Below are positions 1-8,719 of a DNA stretch of 64,000 nucleotides, one piece after another. The stretch is from Chloroflexota bacterium. Lineage in GTDB: Bacteria > Chloroflexota > Limnocylindria > QHBO01. Under the pieces are notes generated by a model. It did no database searches and was not told where the DNA came from. It saw only the letters and a program-made list of their open reading frames with translations. The translations under genes were made by a program, and so were the position numbers. Location of the stretch: contig QHBO01000045.1 in NCBI GenBank assembly GCA_003243965.1, forward strand, positions 38,552-102,551, written 5' to 3'. How positions within the stretch are numbered: the first letter of the stretch is position 1; each line of letters starts with the position of its first letter.

Positions 1-237
1 CATCGGGGTCAGGGTCGAGACGTCCTCGATGCGCATCGCCATCGCCAGGAACATGACCACCACGATCAGCAGCATCCCGCCCATCGTCGGCGTGCCCGCC
101 TTGCTGAAATGGCCTTCAGGCCCGTCGATCCGAATCTGCTTGCCGTAGCCGAGGCGCTGGAGCAGCGAGATGTACAGCGGTCCGAGCAGGACCACGCCGC
201 CAAAGGCCAGGATGAGCGCCAGCAGGATGGTCAGCAT
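1..237 (-). CDS. mraY: Phospho-N-acetylmuramoyl-pentapeptide transferase (5' part; runs off window start)
   Basis: Manual translation from ATG 237: MLTILLALILAFGG...GKQIRIDGPEGHFSKAGTPTMGG, the MraY K-x-GTPTMGG signature. Start overlaps the murF stop. Confidence 0.95.
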   Translation of the reverse strand, partial: MLTILLALILAFGGVVLLGPLYISLLQRLGYGKQIRIDGPEGHFSKAGTPTMGGMLLIVVVMFLAMAMRIEDVSTLTPM

Positions 238-1709
238 CGGGCCTGACCGATGGCGCTCGGGGCTCCCGGGCTCGCCGAGCCTCTGTCGCTGAGCGCATCG
301 ACCAACCGCTCGAGCCCGATGCCACGCGAGGCTTTGACCAGTACCAGGTCGCCCACGGACGGGGCCAGGGTGCGCTCCACCATCGCGACCGCGTCGAGCG
401 CATCGTCCGCGGTCCCGACACGGCGCAAGCCGGCGGCCTGTGCCGCCTCTGCAATCCAGCGCGCGCGCGGGCCGACGGCGACCAGGCCGCTGACGGTCCG
501 TGCGGCGAGCTCGCCCACCTCGCGGTGGCGTCGCTCCTCGTCGGGGCCCAGCTCCAGCATGTCGCCGAGCACCGCCAGCCGTCGCCGGCCGGCGGGGATC
601 GGCGTCTCGGCCAGGAACCGCAGCGCCGCGGCGACCGAGACCGGCGACGCGTTGTACGCGTCGTCGACGATGGTGGCGCCGCTCCCCGCCTCCACGACCG
701 CCATGCGGTGCGCCGCGCGGCTTCCGACCGCGAGCGCCGCCTCGACCTCGTCGAGCGGGACGGCGAAGCGCTCCGCCACGGCGATGGCGGCCAGCGCGTG
801 GGGCACGAGGTGGCGCCCCGGTGTGGCGCTCAGCATCCGGCGTTCCGCCCACGGCGCGCGAAGCGTGAACGCCGTGCCGCGCAGGCCCATCGGCTCCACG
901 TCGGTGGCGCGCACGTCCGCGGCCTGGCCAAGGCCAAAGGTGCGGACCATGGCCCGCGTCACGTCCCGCATCGCGGCCACGCGATCGTCGTCGGCATTCA
1001 GCACGGCCAGGCCGTCGGCCGGCAGCGCGGCCGCCAGCTCCGCCTTGGCCTGCGCGATGCGCTCGATGCTGCCCGCCCGCTCGAGATGGGTGGGATGCAC
1101 GGCGAGCACCACGCCGACCTCTGGCCGGGCGATCTCCGCCAGGCGCGCGATCTCGTTGAGCGTGTACATGCTCATCTCCAGGACCGCCACGTCGTGGTGC
1201 GGTTCAAGGCGGAGGAGGGTGAGCGGAAGGCCGGTCTCGCTGTTCAGGTTGCCCTCGTTGCGCAGGACGGCGAGCGTGCGGCCCAGGACGTCGGCCACGA
1301 TCTCCTTGGCGATCGTCTTTCCGGTCGAGCCGGTGATCCCCACCACGCGGACCGACGATTCGGAACGCCACCACGCGGCGAGATCCTGAAGCGCCCGGAG
1401 CGAGTCGGGCACCTGAACGATCGCCACCGCCGGCGAGGGAGCGCGGAGCGGCCCCTCGACGACCGCCACCGTCGCGCCGGCGGCCAGCGCCTCGGGCACG
1501 AAGCGGTGCCCATCGGTCTGCTCGCCGCGCAGGGCGAAGAAGCACGAGCCGGGCGTGGCACGTCGCGAATCGACCGCGCCGGATCGGAAGGAGGTGACGT
1601 CGGTGGCCCCGAGCAGGTGGCCGCCGGTAGCGGCGATCAGGTCGTCGAGGCGGATCGGCGGAGGCACAAGGCTACCTGCGGATGCTGGTCGGGAGTCTAG
1701 CAGCCTCAC
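231..1709 (-). CDS. murF: UDP-N-acetylmuramoyl-tripeptide--D-Ala-D-Ala ligase
   Basis: VDSR, GITGSTGKT P-loop, DDAYNASP, LGDMLELG and LVKASRG motifs; dcw context. Confidence 0.95.
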   Translation of the reverse strand: MRLLDSRPASAGSLVPPPIRLDDLIAATGGHLLGATDVTSFRSGAVDSRRATPGSCFFALRGEQTDGHRFVPEALAAGATVAVVEGPLRAPSPAVAIVQVPDSLRALQDLAAWWRSESSVRVVGITGSTGKTIAKEIVADVLGRTLAVLRNEGNLNSETGLPLTLLRLEPHHDVAVLEMSMYTLNEIARLAEIARPEVGVVLAVHPTHLERAGSIERIAQAKAELAAALPADGLAVLNADDDRVAAMRDVTRAMVRTFGLGQAADVRATDVEPMGLRGTAFTLRAPWAERRMLSATPGRHLVPHALAAIAVAERFAVPLDEVEAALAVGSRAAHRMAVVEAGSGATIVDDAYNASPVSVAAALRFLAETPIPAGRRRLAVLGDMLELGPDEERRHREVGELAARTVSGLVAVGPRARWIAEAAQAAGLRRVGTADDALDAVAMVERTLAPSVGDLVLVKASRGIGLERLVDALSDRGSASPGAPSAIGQARC

Positions 1710-3496
1710 CGGCTGGCGACCGGACCGGTCGGGCGGTCGGGCGGGATGGCGAGGTAGTCGAGCATCTGCGGCGCGAAGGTTCTGAACACCGCCTCGGGCC
1801 GCTCAGCCATCTGGTAGAGGCCCCACACCGCGGGCTTGTGGATCAGGATCAGGGTCACGAGCTGCGGATCGCCGGCCGGCGTGACGCCGATGAAGCTGGA
1901 GTCGATCCAGCGGGGCACGTAGCGGTACACGGTGGTGAGCTTCCCGTCGGCTCCTCTGACCTGGACCGGGCCTGCGATCTCGGCGGTGCCGGTCTTGCCC
2001 GCCACGGAGTAACCAGCCAGCGATCCGCCCTTGGCGATCCCCTTGTCCACCGAGTCGGTGAGCATCCCGAGGACCGTCCGCGCCGTCGCTTGGCGCATGA
2101 TCCGCTCGCCGGCCTTCAGGTCGTTGGGGTGATAGGACCCGTCCGGCATGGACCAACCGGCAATGACGTGGGGCGTCACCATCGTCCCGCCGTTGGCGAT
2201 CGCCGCATACCCCGCCGCGAGCTGCACCGCCGTGACGCTGATCCCCTGCCCGAACGAGTTCTGCGCGGTGGTCAGGTTGCCCGACGCGTTGGGGCTGCGG
2301 GGATCCCAGACCTGCCCTGCGGCCTCCCCCGCCAGCTCGATCCCGGTCGGTGATCCGAAGCCGAAGCGCCGGAACGCTTCGTACAACCTGTCGCCGCCCA
2401 GCGTCAGCCCGATCTTTGCGGCTCCCACGTTGTTCGAGAGCTGCAGCACCTTGGCCGCCGTGATCGGACCGTGGCCCCACGGGAACCAATACCGGTCGGC
2501 GTTCTGGATGCGCACCCCGCCCACCTGCAGGTTGTTGTTGTCGACGACGGTCTGGGTCGTGGAGATCGCCCCGGCGTCGAGGGCAGCCGACACCGTGAAT
2601 GCCTTCATCACCGAACCGGGCTCGTACTGGCGGCTGACCGCAGGGTTGGAGAACCGCTGCGGATCGGTGCTGGCGTAGCGGTTGGCGTCGAATGAGGGGA
2701 AGCTGGCCATGGCCACGATCGCACCGGTCTTGACGTTCATCACCAGGCCGGTCACTCCCTCGGCGCGGTTGCGCTTGAACGTCTCGAGCATCGTCGCCTC
2801 GAGCAGGTGCTGCACGCCGGCGTCGATGGTGAGCGTCAGGTTTGCCCCGTTGACCGGGGGCCTGAGCTGGGCGACCGAGTCGGCGATCCGCCGCCCGGTG
2901 ACGTCCTGCTGGGCGTCGACCAGCCCCGGCTGTCCCGCCAGCAGCGCGTCTTCCGACTGTTCAACGCCGTACCGGCCGGCCCCGTTGACGTCCACGTACC
3001 CGAGCACCTGCGCGGCGATCGTGGTCCCTGCCGCGACGCCCACCACCGGGTAGCTGCGCTGCGGCTCGGCGAGCATTCCGACGCCGGGAAGCGCGAGGGC
3101 GCGAACGCGCTGCGCCATCTGATCGTCGATCCGGCGCTTGATCCAGACCCAGGGGCTGTGGCTGGTGAGCTTGGCGCGCACCACCTCGATCGGCATGTCG
3201 AGGACGCTGGCCAGCAGGGCCGCAGAACTCTCCGGATCCTTGACCGTCGGGGGGGTGACGTAGACCGATTGGACCTGTACCGATGTGGCGAGCAGATCGC
3301 CGTTCGCGTCGCGGATCTCGCCCCGCTGCGCGGGAATCTTCTGCACCTGTGCGAGTTGCTGCAGCGCCATCCCGCCCAGCCGCCCCTGCTCGATCACCTG
3401 CCACCACACCAGACGCGCGGCGATCCCGCCCGCCACCAGCGTGGCGCAGATCAGGAGGACCAGGGCGCGGGCACGACTGTCGGTCCTTGCGAGCAT
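1706..3496 (-). CDS. ftsI: Class B penicillin-binding protein (FtsI/PBP3-like)
   Basis: N-terminal TM, RGEIRD, EPGSVMK (SxxK), SNN (SxN), KTGT. ATG 3496 chosen for its GGGGAG RBS. Confidence 0.93.
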   Translation of the reverse strand: MLARTDSRARALVLLICATLVAGGIAARLVWWQVIEQGRLGGMALQQLAQVQKIPAQRGEIRDANGDLLATSVQVQSVYVTPPTVKDPESSAALLASVLDMPIEVVRAKLTSHSPWVWIKRRIDDQMAQRVRALALPGVGMLAEPQRSYPVVGVAAGTTIAAQVLGYVDVNGAGRYGVEQSEDALLAGQPGLVDAQQDVTGRRIADSVAQLRPPVNGANLTLTIDAGVQHLLEATMLETFKRNRAEGVTGLVMNVKTGAIVAMASFPSFDANRYASTDPQRFSNPAVSRQYEPGSVMKAFTVSAALDAGAISTTQTVVDNNNLQVGGVRIQNADRYWFPWGHGPITAAKVLQLSNNVGAAKIGLTLGGDRLYEAFRRFGFGSPTGIELAGEAAGQVWDPRSPNASGNLTTAQNSFGQGISVTAVQLAAGYAAIANGGTMVTPHVIAGWSMPDGSYHPNDLKAGERIMRQATARTVLGMLTDSVDKGIAKGGSLAGYSVAGKTGTAEIAGPVQVRGADGKLTTVYRYVPRWIDSSFIGVTPAGDPQLVTLILIHKPAVWGLYQMAERPEAVFRTFAPQMLDYLAIPPDRPTGPVASR

Positions 3497-3533
3497 GCGT
3501 CTCCCCGGCCGCGACTCTACGCCGCGGCGGCTG

Positions 3534-3941
3534 TCAGTTTCCGTGTGCGATCGACGTTCCGGCAAAGCGGACGACGGTCTGGTCGAGTGGCACGAGCCCG
3601 AGCTGGGACCGAGCGCGCGCGCCGATGTCCGACGCAGAGCGCGCCTGTCCGATCTGCGCGATCAGCGCCTGCTGCTCCGCCTGCAGCTCGCCGAGTCGGC
3701 TCTGGAGCGTGTCGATCTGGTACCCGGTGGCGGCCACGTGCGCCGACTGGGAGAGATAGAAGAGCGCCAGCCCGGCGGCGGCGGCGATGGCCAGCAGGAA
3801 TCCCGACACGCTGCTGATCTCACGCCCGTGGCGTCGCGTCCCGGGCCGTCGTCCGGCGCGCGTCGTGCGCCGCGGGCGCACGGGCAGGCGCCGACCGAAG
3901 ATCGGGAACGTGCTGACCGGGCGTGCTCCAGCGACGGCCAT
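3534..3941 (-). CDS. ftsL: Cell division protein FtsL-like (basic tail, single TM, coiled coil)
   Basis: TM followed by heptad coil and ARSQLGL; lies directly upstream of ftsI. Confidence 0.75.
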   Translation of the reverse strand: MAVAGARPVSTFPIFGRRLPVRPRRTTRAGRRPGTRRHGREISSVSGFLLAIAAAAGLALFYLSQSAHVAATGYQIDTLQSRLGELQAEQQALIAQIGQARSASDIGARARSQLGLVPLDQTVVRFAGTSIAHGN

Positions 3942-3944
3942 CGG

Positions 3945-4148
3945 TCAGGCGGCCGTGCTGCGCGGGATCCCGGACGACGTGGGGGACTCGAAATCGAGCT
4001 GCTCTTCGATGTCGACCGCGAGCGCCCCGTCCGAGAGCCAGTGGCTCTCCTCGCGCTGCGTGTGGAGCCGACGCTCACGCAGCTCGCGCTGCCGCGCCTG
4101 GTACATCCGACGTCGGCTCGCCTGGTGGCGCGGCCGTCCTCTGCTCAT
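3945..4148 (-). CDS. Small hypothetical protein (67 aa; Arg-rich N-terminus, acidic C-terminal half) inside dcw cluster
   Basis: AGGAGGAG RBS before ATG 4148 (MSRGRPRHQASRRR...); fills the rsmH-ftsL gap. Alternative ATG at 4175. Confidence 0.65.
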   Translation of the reverse strand: MSRGRPRHQASRRRMYQARQRELRERRLHTQREESHWLSDGALAVDIEEQLDFESPTSSGIPRSTAA

Positions 4149-4174
4149 CCCGCTCCTCCTGCCCGATGCATCCA

Positions 4175-5137
4175 TTAGGCGGCGGCACTCGCCGGCGCCA
4201 GCTTCTCGGCGACGCGCAGCTTTGCGCTGCGTGCGCGACGGTTCCGGGCGACCTCTGCGGCGCCGGGCGTGACGACTCGCTTGGTGATCGGGCGCAGCTG
4301 CGCCCGATGGCCGCAGGTGCAGGCGGGCGGCAGCGGCTCCTCGATGCAGTCGCGGCTCTCCCGTGCGATGAAGCGTTTAACGATGCGGTCCTCGAGCGAG
4401 TGGTAGCTGATGACCGCCATTCGGCCGCCGGGACGCAGGACGGCAAGTGCCCCCGCCAGGGCGCCGGGGAGGACCTCGAGCTCATGGTTGACCGCGATGC
4501 GGAGCGCCTGGAACGTGCGCGTCGCCGGATGCAGCCGCTGCCCGGCCCGACCCGACGGGAACGGCACCGCGGCGGAGACGACGTCGGCGAGATCAGCGGC
4601 GCTCACCAGCCGCCCTTCCGCACGCGCCGCCAGGATCGCCTTCGCGATGCGGCCAGCACGGCGCTCCTCACCAAACGTCGCGAGGATTCCGGCGAGCTCT
4701 CGCTGCGAGGTGCGATCGATGAGCTCGAGAGCCGATAGGCCGGCCGTTTCATCGAACCTCATGTCCGGCGGCGCGGGCGCCGCGAAGCTGAATCCCCGGG
4801 CGCCGTCCGCCAGCTGGTAGCTGGAGAGGCCCAGGTCGAAGAGGACGCCATCGAGCCGCAGGAACTGCTCGGCAGTCGCGACGTCGAGGAGCGAGGCGAA
4901 GTTGGCCTGGCGCAGCACGACCCGGTCGCCGAAGCGAGCCAGGGTGCGCGATGCCTCCGCGATGGCCGCCCGATCGGCATCGAGGCCAAGCAGACGACCA
5001 TCCGGAGACGAGGCCTCCAGGAGCCGCTCAGCGTGCCCACCGCCGCCGACCGTGCAGTCCGCCACGGAGCTGCCCGCCCCGACGCCGAGCGAGGAAACGA
5101 CCTCGTCGACGAGGACCGGCAGGTGCCCTTCTCCCAT
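4175..5137 (-). CDS. rsmH: 16S rRNA m4C1402 methyltransferase
   Basis: HLPVL, DCTVGGGGH, DLGLSSYQL, HPATRTFQALRI, SYHSLEDRIVK and N.RARSAKLR motifs. Confidence 0.97.
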   Translation of the reverse strand: MGEGHLPVLVDEVVSSLGVGAGSSVADCTVGGGGHAERLLEASSPDGRLLGLDADRAAIAEASRTLARFGDRVVLRQANFASLLDVATAEQFLRLDGVLFDLGLSSYQLADGARGFSFAAPAPPDMRFDETAGLSALELIDRTSQRELAGILATFGEERRAGRIAKAILAARAEGRLVSAADLADVVSAAVPFPSGRAGQRLHPATRTFQALRIAVNHELEVLPGALAGALAVLRPGGRMAVISYHSLEDRIVKRFIARESRDCIEEPLPPACTCGHRAQLRPITKRVVTPGAAEVARNRRARSAKLRVAEKLAPASAAA

Positions 5138-5227
5138 CTGCGGCTGCACCTCTGTGGTCGACCTGCGGGCCAAGCGGCCCCTGGACGCATGAATGGCGCG
5201 CTCGAGACGTTCATCCGTCGCGCCGCG

Positions 5228-5677
5228 CTAGATACCGAGGTCCTCGAGGTGCTCGGCGAGCTCCTCGGGGGCGTCCTCGATCTTCGATCGGTAGGGCTGC
5301 CAGGCGCTCGGCGCCCAGATCTCGAGACGGTTCAATGCGCCCACGACCACGACCTCGCCGACCTGCAGGCCGGCGTACTCGCGGAGGTAGGCCGGGACGA
5401 GCAAGCGTCCCTGCCGGTCGAGCTCGGCGTCCACCGCGCCGGAGGACATGAACCGGGCGAACTCCCGCGCCCGCGGGTTGGTCAGTGGCAGGCCCCGAAG
5501 CTTGGCCGCCAGGTCGCCCCACTCCTCGTGGGGAAAGACCGCGAGGCAGCCGTCCAACCAGCGCGCCAGCGTGGCGCCCTCCGCCAGCCGAGCTCGGAAC
5601 CGCATCGGCACCGCAACCCGCCCGCGATCGTCGAGGGCGTGGCGGTACTCGCCGGTGAGAAACGCTGGTCGATCCAT
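5228..5677 (-). CDS. mraZ: Transcriptional regulator MraZ
   Basis: GEYRHALDDRGR and ELDRQGRLLVP duplicated AbrB-like motifs; first gene of dcw. Confidence 0.97.
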   Translation of the reverse strand: MDRPAFLTGEYRHALDDRGRVAVPMRFRARLAEGATLARWLDGCLAVFPHEEWGDLAAKLRGLPLTNPRAREFARFMSSGAVDAELDRQGRLLVPAYLREYAGLQVGEVVVVGALNRLEIWAPSAWQPYRSKIEDAPEELAEHLEDLGI

Positions 5678-5688
5678 TCAGGCCTTCT

Positions 5689-5724
5689 ACCACTGCTCCC
5701 CACATGGCCCCACTTTGCCCCACA
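5689..5724 (-). promoter_or_regulatory. MraZ-binding direct repeats (GTGGGG x3 plus GTGGT, 10-bp period)
   Basis: Minus strand reads GTGGGG-CAAA-GTGGGG-CCAT-GTGGGG-AGCA-GTGGT just upstream of mraZ, matching known MraZ boxes. Confidence 0.85.
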
Positions 5725-5731
5725 GGGCGCC

Positions 5732-5759
5732 ATCATACAGGCCAGCTTCTCCCCGTCAA
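5732..5759 (-). promoter_or_regulatory. Sigma70-type dcw promoter
   Basis: TTGACG-16 nt-TATGAT on the minus strand, immediately upstream of the MraZ boxes. Confidence 0.7.
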
Positions 5760-5796
5760 GGGGATTTCTGCACTTGGGCTGGCGGCGCGAATCGCC

Positions 5797-5844
5797 GCGG
5801 AGCGCCGAGCGCGGCGTATCGCGGAGCGCCGAGCGCGGCGCATC
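5797..5844. repeat. 24-bp tandem duplication GCGGAGCGCCGAGCGCGGCG(T/C)ATC x2
   Basis: Directly visible; one mismatch between the copies. Confidence 0.8.
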
Positions 5845-5853
5845 GGGAAAGCG

Positions 5854-6759
5854 CTACAGCTGGCTGTCGGGCAGTCGCTCCGAGCTTGTCCGCCCGTCGG
5901 ATCGACGGAAGATCTTGCTCACCCCGAACGGCCCGGAGCGGCCCGCCACGTACGAGTAGCCGGAGTAGAACCCCTCAGTAAGCTGCCAGTAGCGCTGGCC
6001 GTTCGCGGCCGTGAGACGTTCGGCAGGGCCCTGGGAGTTGGCGCTGAAGAGCACGACGCGACCATCGGTCAACCCGCCATCCGACCCGACGTGGAAGATC
6101 GTGTACTCGCGCGCGGCCACGGTCACCGCATAGTGGTCAAAGACGTCGCCGGCCGCGGGCGTCGGCACTGGGGTGACCGAAACGGTCGGTCCCGGGCGAC
6201 CGGTCGGCGATGTCGTCGAGCTCGGGCTCCCGAAGACGGCCACCGGGCTGCGGCTCGCGAAGACGGCCACTGCGCCGCCGACGAGCAGGAGGCCGATGAG
6301 CAGGGCGGCGGCCACCGGCACCCACCGCCGGTGGCGCTCCTCGTCCCGACCCGCGGGGCCGGTTCGCGTGCTCGGCGACCTGGATGGAGCCCTGTCGGTG
6401 GGTGCGGGCCGAGGCGGGGCGGCCGCGGGCACCGCAGCCGCCGGTCGGCGCAGCGCCCCGAGCTCCTCGCTCGGGATGACGAGCACGCCGCGCAGGTAAC
6501 GAGGGCAATTGCTGTAGCCGCGCTGCAGGCAGATGCGGCTCTGCTGCTCATCGGAAAGCGGTGCCGGCTCTCCAGAGGCGTAGCAACGGTGCTCGGGGTT
6601 CGCCTCGGGCTGGTACCCGGTCCGCTCCTCGGCGGTGCCCAGGAACGGGCAGACCGTCTCGGGACGCAGCGCGAGCTGCTCGAAGAGCTTCCCGCGCGCG
6701 CTCTCGCGCGCAGCATCCGCTGCGTCGGCTTCCCGGCCGCGCCTGTGTCTTCCGAACAA
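5854..6759 (-). CDS. Single-pass membrane protein with N-terminal Cys4 (putative Zn-binding) domain and Pro-rich linkers
   Basis: CPFLG...HRC...IC...NCPRY, one TM, Ser/Thr/Pro linker, beta-rich C-terminus; AAGGAG RBS before TTG. Confidence 0.7.
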   Translation of the reverse strand: MFGRHRRGREADAADAARESARGKLFEQLALRPETVCPFLGTAEERTGYQPEANPEHRCYASGEPAPLSDEQQSRICLQRGYSNCPRYLRGVLVIPSEELGALRRPAAAVPAAAPPRPAPTDRAPSRSPSTRTGPAGRDEERHRRWVPVAAALLIGLLLVGGAVAVFASRSPVAVFGSPSSTTSPTGRPGPTVSVTPVPTPAAGDVFDHYAVTVAAREYTIFHVGSDGGLTDGRVVLFSANSQGPAERLTAANGQRYWQLTEGFYSGYSYVAGRSGPFGVSKIFRRSDGRTSSERLPDSQL

Positions 6760-6967
6760 CAGCTGCTCCTTGCGCTCCCCGCTTCGCGGCGATGTCCGGT
6801 TCGAGTCTAGGCAGCGACCCGGACGCAGAACACGGCACTGCAGGACCGTGCGCCGCAGTACGAATTGATCATTGAGGTCCGGGGGACCTGGCTCCTAGCC
6901 TCCTGACACGGCCCGCCACTCGAGCGGCCGGTCCAACCTCTGTCAAGGCGTGACGAGAAGGGGACGC

Positions 6968-7204
6968 GTGGCCCTCAAACCGATCGAACAACCTACGCGG
7001 CGCCCGATTCCGCGCCAGGGCCAGATTCGTCGCTGCCGCGTGCGCCACGTCACCCTGCTGCCGGCCGGCGCGGATGCCCGTGTCCAGGTCGACTGCCTGC
7101 TCGGCGGCATCGACTACCCGCTCCCGCTCGGGACCATGGATGAGGCGCGGCCGATCTGCAACGCCTGCACGGCGAGGACGGTATGGCGCGACGACGAGGC
7201 CTGA
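6968..7204 (+). CDS. Small Cys-containing hypothetical protein (78 aa)
   Basis: GAAGGGG RBS before GTG; four Cys including CNAC; acidic C-terminal end. Confidence 0.6.
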   Translation: MALKPIEQPTRRPIPRQGQIRRCRVRHVTLLPAGADARVQVDCLLGGIDYPLPLGTMDEARPICNACTARTVWRDDEA

Positions 7205-7222
7205 ACCGACCGACTGAGTAGG

Positions 7223-7546
7223 CCCTGGAGAGCGGCCTGTAAGCCGAGTTCTGTGCCGGACCGGGTCGGTCCGGTGACGGCCATCCATCTGCGCGACCTA
7301 CCCGAGGGCTGAGCGAGCAGCCTGCTGCGGCGCGAACGCCGCCTTGCGCCCTCCTATTCGGTCTTGCTCCGGCTCGAGCTTGCCGCGTTTCACTCCCGCT
7401 TGCGCGGGTATCGTCACTGTGGCGCTGGTCCTCGCCTCGCGGCGGACGGGCGTTACCCGCGAACCTGCTCTGTGGAGCTCGGACTTTCCTCGAAGGACCG
7501 ATGCCTCGCGGCCCGATCCCCCGCGGCCGTCCGGCCGCCTCCAGGG
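7223..7546 (-). ncRNA. rnpB: RNase P RNA (reduced type-A-like)
   Basis: Conserved GAGGAAAGTCC (7481-7491) and ACAGAACTCGGCTTA (7240-7254); P1 pairs 7533-7546 with 7223-7237; TACACT -10 at 7553-7558. Confidence 0.97.
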
Positions 7547-7608
7547 ACCCCGAGTGTACCGGACTCCGGTGGACAGGCTCAACGCGCGACGTCTGAGGCG
7601 TCGCCGAT

Positions 7609-8004
7609 CTATCGCCGGTCCTGGTCGATGGCCACGTTGCTCAGCCGGTCGGCGTCCCGGTTCAGCTCCCGCGGGACGTGGCCCACGGTGTACCCGGAAA
7701 AGCGCGAGAGGAGACGCATCACGCGGGCGTGGATCGGCTTCAGGTCCGCGTGCCGGACGCGGTACTGCCCGGTGATCTGGCGCGCGACGAGCTGCGAGTC
7801 CATGCGCAGGTCGACGTGCGTCGCGCCCAGCCGGAGCGCCTCCTCGAGCGCGGCCTCGACCGCGGTCCATTCGGCGTAGTTGTTGGTGCGAATCCCCAGG
7901 AAGCGGGCGAGCTCGGATACCACGCCCCCGTCGGGCGTGCGCAGCACGGCGCCGAGCCCGGCGGGCCCGGGGTTGCCCCGGGCGGCGCCATCGGTGTGGA
8001 TCAC
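7609..8004 (-). CDS. rnhA: Ribonuclease HI (Rv2228c/archaeal-like subfamily)
   Basis: TDGAARGNPGPAG, TNNYAE, DSQLV.RQ and HVPRELN..ADRL motifs. Confidence 0.93.
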   Translation of the reverse strand: MIHTDGAARGNPGPAGLGAVLRTPDGGVVSELARFLGIRTNNYAEWTAVEAALEEALRLGATHVDLRMDSQLVARQITGQYRVRHADLKPIHARVMRLLSRFSGYTVGHVPRELNRDADRLSNVAIDQDRR

Positions 8005-8011
8005 CAGGCGG

Positions 8012-8716
8012 TCAGCCGACGTGGCGATGCTCGATCTCCCTGGTCACCTCGAGGATCGCGCGGGTGATGTTGATCCCCTTGGGACAGGCCTCCACGCAGT
8101 TGAAGACGGTCCGGCAGCGCCACACGCCGTCCGCATCGGCCATGATCTCCAGCCGCTCCTCGCTCGCCGTGTCGCGGCTGTCGAAGATGAACCGGTGGGC
8201 GTTGACGATCGCCGCGGGACCCACGTAATCCCGGTTGGTCCAGAAGACGGGGCAACCGGTGGTGCAGGCCGCGCACAGGATGCACTTGGTGGTGTCGTCG
8301 AAGCGCTCCCGCTCTTCGGGTGACTGGCGACGCTCGCGACCGTCCTCGGGAATCTCGTCGTTGACCAGGAACGGCATCACCGATCGGTACTTGTCCCAGA
8401 ACGGCTCCATGTCGACCAGCAGGTCCTTGACGACCGGCACGCCCCGGATCGGCTCGACGCTGATGCGGCTGCCCGCGTCCTGCACCAGGTACTCGCAGGC
8501 GAGGCGGTTGCGCCCGTTGATCAGCATCGCGTCGGACCCGCACACGCCGTGCGCACAGGAGCGTCGGAAGGTGAGCGTGCCGTCGACGTACCACTTCACA
8601 TGGTGCAGGAGGTTGAGGACCGGGTCGGTCGGCTCTGCCGCGATCCGATAGCTCTCCCAGTGCGAGGCCTCATCGGTCTCCGGGTTGAAGCGGAGGATCC
8701 GCAGCTCGACGTCCAT
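8012..8716 (-). CDS. sdhB: Succinate dehydrogenase Fe-S subunit
   Basis: RRSCAHGVCGSD, CILCAACTTGCP and CRTVFNCVEACP clusters. Confidence 0.97.
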   Translation of the reverse strand: MDVELRILRFNPETDEASHWESYRIAAEPTDPVLNLLHHVKWYVDGTLTFRRSCAHGVCGSDAMLINGRNRLACEYLVQDAGSRISVEPIRGVPVVKDLLVDMEPFWDKYRSVMPFLVNDEIPEDGRERRQSPEERERFDDTTKCILCAACTTGCPVFWTNRDYVGPAAIVNAHRFIFDSRDTASEERLEIMADADGVWRCRTVFNCVEACPKGINITRAILEVTREIEHRHVG

Positions 8717-8719
8717 CGG

